Source: a virus
Taxonomy: Duplodnaviria > Caudoviricetes
Virus record (IMG/VR): IMGVR_UViG_3300010355_000588
Direction: 5' to 3' (one strand)
Length of the DNA: 64,000 nt
A program made the translations under genes and the position numbers. Shown here in pieces: positions 9,270-18,421 of the stretch. How positions within the stretch are numbered: position 1 is the stretch's first letter; each line of letters starts with the position of its first letter. The notes under the pieces are model-generated. The model was not told the origin of the DNA. It ran no database searches and saw only the letters and a program-made list of their open reading frames with translations.

Positions 9270-9572
9270 TTATTTTGACTTCTTATATGCAGCTTCAAAG
9301 TCTTTCATCGCCTTAGCTTTGTCTACTTTGGCATCTGGACCAATTGGAAGGAACATCGCAAGCTTTCCATTGATGTAGATTCCCTTTCGGACGACGTCGA
9401 ACTCGGCATCTGGATATTTCTTAAGGAATTCAGCTTGGACTTCGTCAAGAATAGCAAGTGCTTTCTTAGAGACGTCGTCTTTCTGAAACTTAATATCGTT
9501 CATGTAGCGAGAAATATCTTCATGCGAGTAGGAAGCTTCGAGAAGTGAAGCAATTTTTTCTTCAAATTTCAT
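9270..9572 (-). CDS. Putative internal head protein
   Basis: MKFEEKIASLLEAS; late promoter TATAAATA at 9594-9601. Confidence 0.65.
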   Translation of the reverse strand: MKFEEKIASLLEASYSHEDISRYMNDIKFQKDDVSKKALAILDEVQAEFLKKYPDAEFDVVRKGIYINGKLAMFLPIGPDAKVDKAKAMKDFEAAYKKSK

Positions 9573-9615
9573 GGTATATTCTCCAGTTTATTTTATTTAT
9601 AGAATCATTTAGATA

Positions 9616-10182
9616 TTAATTTACGTATTTCTTTATCAGATCATATGTTTTCTTATCCAGATTTACCATGCGCTCCTTGGTTCCTTCGAAGTCGTCGTTC
9701 TTTATATGGTTTCTGACCTCAGTAGCCGACATTACTCTATCTGACAGGGTTACTTCTAGGTCTCCGTTCAGTTTAGTTACGTAGTTCTGAGCCATTTGCT
9801 TGTAGAAAGGTATTCTATCTTCTCCAGCTATCAGCTCCACAGGTTCGTATCCTTCAGCCCTCAGCTTATCGAAGATTTTTACTAGGTCCGCTGATTCTAC
9901 CTGAACGACATCCTTTATCTTAGATATTCTAGCATTTCTGATTATTTTCTCCTGGACATCAGCTGGAAATGGATTCTTGTCTTTATCTTTAGAAGACACC
10001 GTTCCCTTTACAAGAAGCATGATAACTGGATGTTTGGCCTTCTTTACCATAGCTGCGTGTCCGATATGGAATGGCGAATATCTACCAATGATAATGGTGA
10101 CTTTGGTTTTAGCGGGTTCCAAGACATGGTCGTTTGGATTGAAGGCTTCTAAAATTTGTTTGCAACGTTCTATAAATTTCAT
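9616..10182 (-). CDS. HIGH-motif nucleotidyltransferase (cytidylyl/NMN-adenylyltransferase-like)
   Basis: GRYSPFHIGH, KNPF, AGEDR, MSATEVR; start moved to ATG 10182 (MKFIERCKQILE, ATGA overlap). Confidence 0.85.
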   Translation of the reverse strand: MKFIERCKQILEAFNPNDHVLEPAKTKVTIIIGRYSPFHIGHAAMVKKAKHPVIMLLVKGTVSSKDKDKNPFPADVQEKIIRNARISKIKDVVQVESADLVKIFDKLRAEGYEPVELIAGEDRIPFYKQMAQNYVTKLNGDLEVTLSDRVMSATEVRNHIKNDDFEGTKERMVNLDKKTYDLIKKYVN

Positions 10183-11246
10183 AATTTCACCAAAGATATA
10201 ACTTTGACGCCAGGGGCGCCACAAATAACTTCCCATTTTGGTCTTTTATTAGATTCAGCTGACGGCTTTCCTTCCCAATATAATTTTACTTCTTTCATTA
10301 ACAAATCACCATATTTTTTAGCATTATCCTTTCTTTGCTTTGCTGTTTCAGCAAATTCATCTTCTTCTTTCCATCCTGCTCTAATACTTTCAAATTCATC
10401 GATTATGTTCATATCTGCTATATGATATTTTCCAAGTGGTTCTACCATATAAATATATGACCTGCCTAATTTTTTAGCATTATTAACTAGATCATCTAAT
10501 TCCTTGAACGCAAAAACACTGTTCAATCTAGGTGGCTTACTTGATGGTCTATGTTTTTCGAATATTTCTTCTAAATGTTTAATTGATAGATATACTGCCC
10601 ACATTCCACCTTTTACTTTCTCCAATGGGTCCCAATAGCCTTTGATGATTTCACCAGGTTTATATAATTCGGTATGTGTTGCGTGAAAAAACTGGTTTTC
10701 TTTTGGATTTTTAAATATTGCTCTAATATTTGTGTCTGCTTTTTTATCTTTTTCTTTAAAAGATTCTATAACCTGTTTTGTTACACCTATAATGAAGTCA
10801 GATACCTTCATGTTTTTAGGCTTTAGCCAGAGTTGTTCATTAGTTTTTTTGATATCTCCAAGCAATAAACTACCTTTCGCTTTAAGATAAGATCTATCTA
10901 TGATGTTTTTAGATACCTTGTCACGAAAAATATATTGCATCAATTTGTCTTTTGGAAATTTTTCGTAAATCTCTTTTATATGTTTGTCTGTAATTTCAAA
11001 GGCAAGCTGAATCATGCCATGAATATTAGAATCTGCGTTGAATGAATCGAAATCTTCATTGTATTCTAGATTATTTGGTATAAGCTATAATTCTTTATCA
11101 TAGAAAAGCTTGTCTAAAGATTTTACCGTATGATTAAGTTGTCCATTTTTTAGACTATTAAGATTGTCAAGGCCATATAATCCCGTCGCCATGTTATAAT
11201 TGTCTTCAAGTAATAGATATGCATTTACCAATTGTTCAAATTTCAT
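10179..11246 (-). CDS. ADP-ribosyltransferase-fold protein (DUF2441/Arr-like) with an in-frame TAG at 11085-11087
   Basis: FFHAT...PRLNSVFAF...YIYMVEP...YWEG...WEVI; coupled ATG 11246 (MKFEQLVNAYLLLE) is in frame, with only one TAG in between. Confidence 0.6.
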
Positions 11247-12436
11247 TTTCTATCTCCTCCAAAATAGGCTATTAGCGTGTTTATTTTGTCTTTGTCCATA
11301 TTGTTCAGCTTTGCTGCTTCGGCAGCTATGAACGCTGACTGATTGTCTTTCAGCGGAGAAGGCACGTTAGCTTTCTGTTGTTCCCACTGATCGATTATCT
11401 TATTGATGTCTTTCTGATATTGGTCAAGATGTTTAGCAAAGGTCTTTAGCAATTTGTCCTCAGTTTTGTTATCCATGACGTATTTGAGGGCGAACTTCCT
11501 GGCCTTATATCCGGTCACGTCAGCCATGAACTTCTTCTGGCGCTCTTCCAACATTCCAGATATCTTGAAATATTCTTCCTTTACATATTTCCATTCTGGA
11601 TTCTGGATGCCGACCAAACCACCGATGGTATGGAGAACCAACCCTTCTACTTTCGAGTCCTTGACTCCGAAGAGGCTGCCCTTTTCGTTGGCATATTTGA
11701 CGAAAGCTTCGTTTACTTTGTCTCGTAGCGATTCCAACTCTTCATGGTCGAGAGCATCCACATTAGTAACTACCTTCTTCATTGTCTTGTCGTCGACCTC
11801 GTAGAATAATGGTATGGATCCATTCCAGCGAAAGTCGACGTTGTTCTCGAGGACAGTGAACTCCTTGTTGGACAACGCTCGAATTTCTTTGTTCAGTGGA
11901 TGCCCAGGAACCTTTTCAAATTTTCCATTTTCTAAAAGCAATATGTCGAATATGACGAAGGTGGCGAAGGTGCCTAACTTCTTGGCGTCGTATTTAGTAG
12001 CCACAAAGGTTACGGTGCCATCCTTGTCAATGGGCAATCCATCCAAATAAAATAATTCTCCATATACCTTGAAGTCGCCATATTTCTTGTGTAGCTCCAG
12101 AAGCTTCTTACCAAACTTGCTTTCAATATATCTTAAAACTTCTCCATAGTTCTTCATTGGTCCAGAAAACTTGTCAGCCTTCTGCATGCCAGAGTTCGAC
12201 GTCTCCCCGAAGATCTCTCCTTGATAGACAGCGAACCGAAAGGATGAACCATCGATCTTCTCGGTAATTCGAAGTAAATCTAGATCTATGGCGCCATTCT
12301 TTATATATGGTAGAAGTTCCTTGAAGAACTGGATGAATTCCTTGTCATTCATCTGATGGATCTTCTTCATGGCTTCTCGCTTGGTCTTGGTGTCGACCTC
12401 TGCCTCATTCAATATGTAGTACTTTAGGAAGTTCAT
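11243..12436 (-). CDS. RNA/DNA-ligase-fold nucleotidyltransferase
   Basis: ITEKIDGSS (motif I, KxDG), VYGELFY (III), FVIFDI (IIIa), VEGLVL (IV). Confidence 0.75.
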   Translation of the reverse strand: MNFLKYYILNEAEVDTKTKREAMKKIHQMNDKEFIQFFKELLPYIKNGAIDLDLLRITEKIDGSSFRFAVYQGEIFGETSNSGMQKADKFSGPMKNYGEVLRYIESKFGKKLLELHKKYGDFKVYGELFYLDGLPIDKDGTVTFVATKYDAKKLGTFATFVIFDILLLENGKFEKVPGHPLNKEIRALSNKEFTVLENNVDFRWNGSIPLFYEVDDKTMKKVVTNVDALDHEELESLRDKVNEAFVKYANEKGSLFGVKDSKVEGLVLHTIGGLVGIQNPEWKYVKEEYFKISGMLEERQKKFMADVTGYKARKFALKYVMDNKTEDKLLKTFAKHLDQYQKDINKIIDQWEQQKANVPSPLKDNQSAFIAAEAAKLNNMDKDKINTLIAYFGGDRK

Positions 12437-13329
12437 GAATATTTCTCCAAGCCTTCTGGAATAGGCACGCCCTGGCTGATGAGACCTCTGACGACATCCG
12501 ACATTATTTTGTCACGTTTATCCGCATAGATGAAATCTTTATCCATGACGATAGAATATAGACTGTCGAAGGTCAGTACGTCTGATGGTTTGTATTTGTT
12601 TGGACCGAAAACATAGTCTAGAATCTTTTGTGGATCTTTAGTGAGAGTCTCTTTGTTTAGGGTCTTTACTGTAGCTGAGATGCCCTTCTTTCCCTTTATG
12701 CTCTGGGTTGCTTTACTTAATCCAGCATTCATGTCGAACATGAAGCGTTTCCATTCAACAGGAACCTCTATTCCTTCAGCATTGAACGCCTTTTCGATGA
12801 CTTCCATCTTGGATTGCTTGATGATACTGATTAGAAGCAGATTTCTATATAGACCTTTCCATTGGCTTTCCCATTCAGCTGGAGCATAATATGCGAAGGT
12901 TGAGAATTCGAGGTTGTCAGTAAGCATCAGATCGAGTTGAACAGACTGATTTTCTTGCTTTCCATCGATATTTGCGATCGGCCATGCTATAGAAATGATA
13001 GAAAATCCATAACTTGGAGTGATCTGATCGGTGAACTTTCTGGATTTGTCGCCAATGAAGTCGATGATGTCTTTTACCGTTGGCTTATTCTTATCTACCA
13101 TCTTCGTCATGTCTATAGCCAAATCGATATCTCCTGAAGATCCACCTGGCTTTTTCTTTCCAGTGCTTCCAAGAACTGCTACGTTGTCCTTTGTTAGTCC
13201 AAGGGTTGGCAGAAGTCTTTTGTAGATGTCATCCAGGGTAGCTTGCACGTTTTCCTGGTTGATTCTAGAAGCTTGGACAGCATTGCCGCCTTCCATTAGC
13301 CTTTCGAGATAATAATTTAGGAATTTCAT
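12433..13329 (-). CDS. DNA polymerase-beta superfamily nucleotidyltransferase
   Basis: LGSTGKK...SGDIDLAID and VQLDLM; start moved to ATG 13329 (ATGA overlap). Confidence 0.8.
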   Translation of the reverse strand: MKFLNYYLERLMEGGNAVQASRINQENVQATLDDIYKRLLPTLGLTKDNVAVLGSTGKKKPGGSSGDIDLAIDMTKMVDKNKPTVKDIIDFIGDKSRKFTDQITPSYGFSIISIAWPIANIDGKQENQSVQLDLMLTDNLEFSTFAYYAPAEWESQWKGLYRNLLLISIIKQSKMEVIEKAFNAEGIEVPVEWKRFMFDMNAGLSKATQSIKGKKGISATVKTLNKETLTKDPQKILDYVFGPNKYKPSDVLTFDSLYSIVMDKDFIYADKRDKIMSDVVRGLISQGVPIPEGLEKYS

Positions 13330-13925
13330 TTGAAGTCGATTTTTCCACGTTCGATTCTTTCTTGTATCCAATCTATCGTAGCATATGGACCTTTTATAGA
13401 TCCAACGCTATCTATGACATCGACGCCCGAACTATCTACGACGTCGACAGAAAAAGACGAGAATGTTTGAGATTCTATATATTTCTTCAGACTAGTCCAT
13501 GCCTTTAGAGACATCTTATTGGCAAAAGATATTCCATACATGCCAGCTGTAGGTGCTGAGAATCTGATCCAACCTTTTCCATAAGCCACCTTGAATGGCT
13601 TTATCATTGCTTGCATTGGGCTGGGAGAATCGGCATCCAAGAGGTGAGCAGCCAGATCCCGATGGGTTCTGAACTTCTTGTTGTCGAGGTTCAGTTGCTT
13701 TCCCTTTTCGTCGAACCAACAGGGCGTCAGTTGAGTGGCCTCGTTTAGACCAACCATCTCTTTTTTATGGTTCAATTTGAAAGTCTTGTCCTTGACATGC
13801 TTTATGCCATCTTTAGTATAAACGTCTCCCGAGAAATCTTTGTAAATTCCTGGAAGATTAGCCACCATCAGTATGGTGTCCTTTTCCTTCTCGAGAATTT
13901 CTTTGACTTTTTCTAGATATCTCAT
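13326..13925 (-). CDS. Putative internal head protein
   Basis: MRYLEKVKEILE start; internal LNE possible cleavage site. Confidence 0.6.
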   Translation of the reverse strand: MRYLEKVKEILEKEKDTILMVANLPGIYKDFSGDVYTKDGIKHVKDKTFKLNHKKEMVGLNEATQLTPCWFDEKGKQLNLDNKKFRTHRDLAAHLLDADSPSPMQAMIKPFKVAYGKGWIRFSAPTAGMYGISFANKMSLKAWTSLKKYIESQTFSSFSVDVVDSSGVDVIDSVGSIKGPYATIDWIQERIERGKIDFK

Positions 13926-14179
13926 AAGGTGTTTAGAATGTTTGAAAAGTCGTCCTTGATCTTCTGGTCGTCGAATTTCTTGGACATGTCAACCATCATG
14001 GACGTCAGCTTCGTTATGTTCGAATCGATATTCTTCATAGCAAGACCAAAAAGAGGTTCGAACATCTGACGTGCCAACTTATGCTTCTTTATGAACGAAT
14101 CTAAAGCAGCTATGAATTTCCGTTCCTTGTCCTCGTTTTCCAGCACCCTCTGATAAGCCTTCATGAATCTAAATTCCAT
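13922..14179 (-). CDS. Putative internal head protein
   Basis: MEFRFMKAYQRVLENE start. Confidence 0.55.
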   Translation of the reverse strand: MEFRFMKAYQRVLENEDKERKFIAALDSFIKKHKLARQMFEPLFGLAMKNIDSNITKLTSMMVDMSKKFDDQKIKDDFSNILNTL

Positions 14180-14193
14180 TCTTCTTTCTCCGT

Positions 14194-15207
14194 TTATATG
14201 TCATTATGGCCGACATCTTTATCGGTCACTTCGTTGTTGTACCATTCGGCGAAATCGAACATAGTCATGCCGCTAGTAAGATAGTCAGCATTGCTAAAGA
14301 ATAGTAGATTTCCGTCTTCAGCAACTGTAAACTTTCCTTGGGAGACAAGCGACTCTGCTAGTGCAGATCCAGATACCGCTCCAGATATTTCTTGCCAATA
14401 TCCAGATATGTCACCAGATATAGGTAGCCAGTCCCAATTCTTTCTATTTCTATCAGCCTTGATGAGACCTGCTTTAATATTTTCTTTGAATCCATCGATT
14501 CCAACAGTAACTGGAACATCATACCATCTATCCAACATGTAGCCATCTTCGCCAAATGGAATGAGATTCGGAGTAGCGTTGATCTTGAGAATCTTCGGAA
14601 GATCGTCGTCATATTCGCCAACGCCAGGAAAGAACCATGTCTTGAAGGTAAAGGAAACGTCGCCCAAACATCTATATGGAGCCGATTCAGGTAGATCTTC
14701 TGGAATAGTTGTCGAGACGCTTCCGTCCCAAACCACCTGGGATTTGATATTGCACGAAGGAAACTTTGGATGTTTCCATACGACGTAGATATCTGGCTGG
14801 AAGAATGGAATGAAGTTGTTTACTATCTGGTCTAGATCTTCTATATAGCGAGTTATCGCAGTGAGAGTGAAAGTGACATTTATTGGAATTGGAGTGGCTT
14901 GGGCTGTATTCGAATATCCATCAGTCCCAAATAGTAGATGGTTGTGGATAGAATGCACCCTCTGGACATCTCGGACGAATCCAACACGGTTTACAGCTAT
15001 CATAGGGACAGATAAAGTCTTGTTTGGATTTTCCAGAGACTTCAGAATTCTAGAGCGCTGTCCAAACACGCAAGGGACCTCAATAAGCTTCTGAATAGTC
15101 GGGTCATCTATTGAGCCCGTTCTTCTATCTATAACGATATTATTAAAGACATCCATGAACATCGCAGTGGCTATCTTTAATTCGGAATTATAGGATCTAA
15201 ATTGCAC
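14194..15207 (-). CDS. Tail sheath terminator (gp15-like)
   Basis: FMDVFNNIVIDR, IEVPCVFG, PIPINVTFTL, DQIVNNFIPFFQP, FTFKTWFF. Confidence 0.85.
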   Translation of the reverse strand: MQFRSYNSELKIATAMFMDVFNNIVIDRRTGSIDDPTIQKLIEVPCVFGQRSRILKSLENPNKTLSVPMIAVNRVGFVRDVQRVHSIHNHLLFGTDGYSNTAQATPIPINVTFTLTAITRYIEDLDQIVNNFIPFFQPDIYVVWKHPKFPSCNIKSQVVWDGSVSTTIPEDLPESAPYRCLGDVSFTFKTWFFPGVGEYDDDLPKILKINATPNLIPFGEDGYMLDRWYDVPVTVGIDGFKENIKAGLIKADRNRKNWDWLPISGDISGYWQEISGAVSGSALAESLVSQGKFTVAEDGNLLFFSNADYLTSGMTMFDFAEWYNNEVTDKDVGHNDI

Positions 15208-15313
15208 GAAGCAACCTCTTTCTAAAACATCTGTAAAATTATTTATCGTATCCTATGGTTCTTGAGAATAAATACTATTAGAACAAATTCAACAAATCTA
15301 AAGGAAAATTCCT

Positions 15314-17008
15314 ATGTCTTGGTGGGCTAACTCATTGCAAAACGTTCTTGGCATGATAGGCGTAAATCCTAAGTCTAATCCAAAGTACGAAACATATTCT
15401 AAGGCAGATGATGAAGAAGAACCTAAGGACTCAAAGAAAAACAAAAAGCCAACCGATGGGTCAGTCGTAGATGAGTTTGTCGAAGATCTGAACTCTGACG
15501 AACGCATGCTTGTCGGTGGCCTTGGACACTTCGACCAATATACAGTAGGTGACAAAATCTATGGTTCGATCTCGACAAACAAATTTGCTCGAGTCATCTC
15601 ATATCGGAACATGATGAATATGGCCGAACTAGGCGATGCTATCGAAGAAATAGCTGATGCTTGCATAAATTTCGATGAGAATGAAGAATTATACTCCTTT
15701 TCTATTTCTGACAACATAGAACTTGACCAATATACTAAGAAAAGAATCGTCGATACGGTTAAAGATTATCTATCTTATTTCGAATTTGACAACAACTTTT
15801 TCGACTATCTAATCAAGTTCATTACCGAAGGCGAATTAGCTTTTGAGAACATCGTAGATTCTGAAAATGCTGACCAAGGCATCATTGGCGTTAGATACAT
15901 CGGAGCCGAATGCTACGAATACGCTTTCAACATGAAGACAAGGCAGAAGACAGGATTGACTATCTTCTCTCAGATGCTCGACGCGATGAATACCACCATC
16001 GCTGGACAGGGTGTTCCACTGACGAACAACCAACAGACATCGATAGGTAATGGACAGATGGGAATCAAGCGAAACAAGTCGCTGTTCATGCCATGGTCCG
16101 CCTTAACATATATAGATAGTGGTGCCTACTCGATGAATGGAACGATCGTGTTTCCTCTTCTCGAGAGGGCAAGGCGTGCTTACAATCAGTTATCTCTGAT
16201 CGAAGAATCCATTATCATCCATCGGTTGGCACGCGCCCCTCTCCGTCTTGTGTTCAACGTCGGAGTTGGAAAACTATCTAAGATGCGCGCCAATGAAGAA
16301 TTGCTTAAGATAGCCAAGAAATATCAGACAAAGAAAGTCTATGACAAAACCACCGGAAGCGTCTCAAATGCTTATGATACTCATTCTATCACTGAAAATT
16401 ATTGGTTCACTCGCCCAGAAGGAACTGAAGGAACCAACGTCGAAACTATCAGCCCAGGAGTAGAACTTGGAAATTTAGATGACTTAAACTACTTCGTTCG
16501 GAAATTATATTTGTCATTGAAGGTCCCATATACCCGCTATGCTGAGCCAACTGTCCAGATCGATAGCTCAGATACCCCTCCATATGAAGAATTCAAGTTT
16601 GCTAGATTTTGTCTTAGAATTCTAAACCGCATAGAAAAAGGACTAAAGGAAGGAATTGAAAAGCATCTTAGACTACGTGGCATGTGGAAAACAGACAAAT
16701 ACGAACTTAGCCAATATGATCTAAATTTTAGCTTTACTCCGCCACATCTATATGACCAATACATATCCCAGAAGACGTTGGATTTGAAGTTGAACAACTA
16801 TGATAAGTTCGTTGGAATTACTGACAAAATAAATAACGTTGGCTTGAAAAAATATCTTGACTATACTGAAGAAGACATCGCTAATCTCTGGAACTCCATA
16901 GAAGCTGGAAAGCTAAGAATGGCGAAGATCGAATTCAAAGAAAACAACGTCAAAGATCATGGCGATCCAGAACCAATAATGGACGACAACAAAAATAAGG
17001 CTTGGTAA
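15314..17008 (+). CDS. Portal protein (gp20-like)
   Basis: YRNM, AIEEI, IHRLARAPLRLVFNVGVG, ENYWF, YFVRKLYLSLKVP. Confidence 0.95.
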   Translation: MSWWANSLQNVLGMIGVNPKSNPKYETYSKADDEEEPKDSKKNKKPTDGSVVDEFVEDLNSDERMLVGGLGHFDQYTVGDKIYGSISTNKFARVISYRNMMNMAELGDAIEEIADACINFDENEELYSFSISDNIELDQYTKKRIVDTVKDYLSYFEFDNNFFDYLIKFITEGELAFENIVDSENADQGIIGVRYIGAECYEYAFNMKTRQKTGLTIFSQMLDAMNTTIAGQGVPLTNNQQTSIGNGQMGIKRNKSLFMPWSALTYIDSGAYSMNGTIVFPLLERARRAYNQLSLIEESIIIHRLARAPLRLVFNVGVGKLSKMRANEELLKIAKKYQTKKVYDKTTGSVSNAYDTHSITENYWFTRPEGTEGTNVETISPGVELGNLDDLNYFVRKLYLSLKVPYTRYAEPTVQIDSSDTPPYEEFKFARFCLRILNRIEKGLKEGIEKHLRLRGMWKTDKYELSQYDLNFSFTPPHLYDQYISQKTLDLKLNNYDKFVGITDKINNVGLKKYLDYTEEDIANLWNSIEAGKLRMAKIEFKENNVKDHGDPEPIMDDNKNKAW

Positions 17009-17011
17009 GAA

Positions 17012-17722
17012 ATGAACCAACTGAACGAACTCAAACTAATCGTTGAGAACGATCCTCACGAACTCGAATATATTCTAGAACAAAAGAACGAACGCGCGCC
17101 TGGATTTCTAAGAATCAAAGGTCCATATATCGTCACCGAGAAAAAGAACGCCAATGGCCGTATCTATTCCAGATCGCTTATGGAAAAGTCGGTGGCTGAC
17201 TTCAAGACAAACTACATTGACAAATGCGTGGCCTTTGGAGAAATGAACCATCCAGACCATAACCATATTGACTACAACAATATCTGCCATAAGATCGTCT
17301 CGCTCACACAGGAAGAAGACATTTGGATAGGCGAATCAGTAGTTCTAATGACGTCAGCTGATGGAACTGTCAAAGGCACCCCTAAGGGCGACATACTTGC
17401 CTCGGTCATCCATCATGGCGGTAAACCAGGCATGTCTACCCGCGGCGTTGGAAAATTATCAGAAGGCAATGTCGTCAAAGACCAATATAAGATGATAACT
17501 ATCGACTGTGTCTCCAATCCATCTGGACCCAACTGCTACGTGAATGGCATTCTCGAATCGAAGACATTCATGATAGATACCTACGGAGACATCGTTGAGA
17601 AAGCATTCGAACAATTTCAGAGAAATCTCGAATCGATTCCAACCCACTCCATCAAGACAGACGAAGGTTCGAAGCATCTGATCGAATCGATAAAGAATTT
17701 CATCGATAGTCTAAAAGTATAG
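17012..17722 (+). CDS. Prohead protease (gp21-like)
   Basis: NANGRIY, GEMNHP, GMSTRGVG, DCVSNPS. Confidence 0.95.
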   Translation: MNQLNELKLIVENDPHELEYILEQKNERAPGFLRIKGPYIVTEKKNANGRIYSRSLMEKSVADFKTNYIDKCVAFGEMNHPDHNHIDYNNICHKIVSLTQEEDIWIGESVVLMTSADGTVKGTPKGDILASVIHHGGKPGMSTRGVGKLSEGNVVKDQYKMITIDCVSNPSGPNCYVNGILESKTFMIDTYGDIVEKAFEQFQRNLESIPTHSIKTDEGSKHLIESIKNFIDSLKV

Positions 17723-17746
17723 TAACTAACCAAAAGGAAAGACAAT

Positions 17747-17890
17747 ATGAGCGACCGTGCTGAAAAATTCGTTGGATCTGTTAGACAGAAAAACGGGGTA
17801 GATGCTAAAGAAAATCTGAAACAACTTGTCGCAGAAAAGCTAACTGCCCGCATCATGAAAGCTAAAGCTGAGGCATTCAAAACTAAGTAA
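17747..17890 (+). CDS. Small prohead core protein (gp67-like), not in the ORF track
   Basis: 47 aa MSDRAEKFVGSVRQKNGVDAKENLKQLVAEKLTARIMKAKAEAFKTK with AAGGA RBS, inside the head operon. Confidence 0.6.
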   Translation: MSDRAEKFVGSVRQKNGVDAKENLKQLVAEKLTARIMKAKAEAFKTK

Positions 17891-17957
17891 GCGCTGATCG
17901 CGGCGTTTAGATAAATAAATAACAATGACTTTATGACAACAAAATTGGAGAGAAATA

Positions 17958-18383
17958 ATGAAATTTAGTAGATTATGCGAAAGCTTGCTTAACTCAAAAA
18001 CAATATTAGAACAAAAATTCACAAAAGCTAATATGTTTATGAAAGTTAGCCCAAAGGAATTTAATTTAGATCAAAAACAATTTGATAAATTAAATCTTTT
18101 TTTGCTCCGTGCGATATATTCTAATATAAACGCGGATAAGAGAGGCATAAAAATTGGGCTTACTTCTTCCGTTCTGAATTGGATGTTCGAAAAATTTTAT
18201 AAAGATGCTGAAAAATTCTTCAAAGTAACTTTTTCCGATTCCGCTAAAGAAGCGATGTTTGATCATATCAAATTTATTAATAAACTAAAAGGATCTGAAC
18301 TTGAAGATTTAGGCCGATTTATGCATGAACTTGATCCTACTCTATCGGACGACAAATATGCAGGCCGTCCATTTTGGAGTTAA
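17958..18383 (+). CDS. AT-rich hypothetical protein with an MKF-type N-terminus
   Basis: GGAG RBS, upstream ATAAATA, MKFSRLCESLL...ILE. Confidence 0.6.
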   Translation: MKFSRLCESLLNSKTILEQKFTKANMFMKVSPKEFNLDQKQFDKLNLFLLRAIYSNINADKRGIKIGLTSSVLNWMFEKFYKDAEKFFKVTFSDSAKEAMFDHIKFINKLKGSELEDLGRFMHELDPTLSDDKYAGRPFWS

Positions 18384-18421
18384 TTTCTAATAAATAACTA
18401 ATAACAACGGAGTTAAAAACA

